Source of the DNA: Rotaria sordida
Lineage: Eukaryota
NCBI GenBank assembly: GCA_905250005.1
Contig: CAJNOH010000912.1
Span: 16,012-36,078, forward strand
Direction of reading: 5' to 3'
DNA length: 20,067 bases
The translations under genes were made by a program, and so were the position numbers. The notes under the pieces are model-generated. The model did not search any database and was not told where the DNA came from. It saw nothing but the letters and a program-made list of their open reading frames with translations. Positions 19,289-20,067 of the stretch are shown piece after piece. The stretch's first letter is position 1. The number at the start of each line of letters is the position of its first letter.

Positions 19289-20067
19289 TGCCTCAAAAGG
19301 AGTCATCCAGACAAAGGAAAACCGTACTCCGAGGACATCGAACTTTCTTTTTCTTCAGAATGAACCCTAGCACATGGTGCACCCGTATTCATAGGGGACA
19401 CCATGTCTCAAAAGGAGTCATCGAGCGGTAGGGAAATCCTCCTCCGAGGACTTCGAACTTTCCTTTCTATTTCCTAATGAACACTAGCACCTCGTCCGCC
19501 CGTATTTATAGCGGATATCATGATCCAAAGAAAGTCATACAGAGGTAGGAAAATCGTCCTCCGAGGACTTCGAACTTTGTTTTTTTTCAGAATGAACCCT
19601 AACACATGGTGCACCCTTATTTGTAGTGGAGACCATGTCTGAAAGAGAGTCCTCGAGAGGTAGGAAAATCGTCCTTCGAGGACTTCGAACTTTGCTTTTT
19701 TTTCAGAGTGAACCCTAGCCCCTGGTGCAGCCCTATTTATAGTGGAGACGATGTCTGAAACAGAGTCCTCGAGAGGTAGGAAAATCGTCATCCTAGGACT
19801 TCGAACTTTGTTTTTTTTTCAGAGTGAACCCTAACACCTGGTGCACCCTTATTTATACTGTAGACCATGTCTTAAAAAGAATGATCGAGAGGTAGGGAAA
19901 GCGTCCTCCGAGGACTTCGAACTTTGTTTTTTTTTCAGAATGGACCCCAGCACATTGTGAACCCTAGATATAGTGGAGACCATGTCTCAAAACGAGTCAT
20001 CGAGAGGTAAGAAAATCGTCCTCGTGAGACTTCGAACTTTGTTTTGTTTGAACTTACCATAACTGGT
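19289..20067 (+). repeat. Tandem satellite, period about 116 bp, at least 6-7 copies, continuing past the window edge
   Basis: Landmark CGAGGACTTCGAACTTT at about 19330, 19446, 19563, 19678, 19795, 19910, 20026. Each unit also has GAACCCTAGCACMTGGTGCACCC..TTATAG..GGAGACCATGTCT. Confidence 0.92.

Noticed and set aside
19289-20067. Possible CRISPR-like or protein-coding repeat array
   Set aside because: The period is about 116 bp with whole-unit similarity, so there is no short repeat alternating with unique spacers. The genomic context is eukaryotic, and the period is not a multiple of 3.

Overview
AT-rich, intron-containing eukaryotic DNA. The gene families, very short introns (about 47-60 nt) and interstitial (TGTGGG)n/(CCCACA)n blocks suggest a bdelloid rotifer, but this is inference from recalled family features and no search was run. 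Supported coding content: (1) a 5-exon papain-like (C1A) cysteine protease on the minus strand, 238-1423, with a 20-nt micro-exon completing the catalytic Cys, an acidic Asp-rich tail, and an apparent 4-nt frame disruption at the His exon; (2) an F-box protein, minus strand, 2452-4273, three exons with an apparent 1-nt frameshift near 2865-2885; (3) a RING + TRAF-type zinc finger + coiled-coil protein, plus strand, 9610-10337, two exons; (4) an NHL-repeat beta-propeller protein, plus strand, 15574-16575, 5' end uncertain; (5) a coiled-coil hypothetical protein, minus strand, 17829-18479. Most of the rest is repeat and mobile-element territory. The most interesting structures are: four copies of a fold-back element with bdelloid-telomere-like (TGTGGG)n arms around a shared core; a nested arrangement at 6749-8725, where a 144-bp satellite is interrupted by a 1203-bp hAT-like insertion with an 8-bp target duplication, itself interrupted by a fold-back element; several long-arm palindromic or MITE-like elements; and a 116-bp tandem satellite running off the right edge. 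I saw no convincing new multi-gene system. The novelty is in the fold-back and telomere-like repeats.
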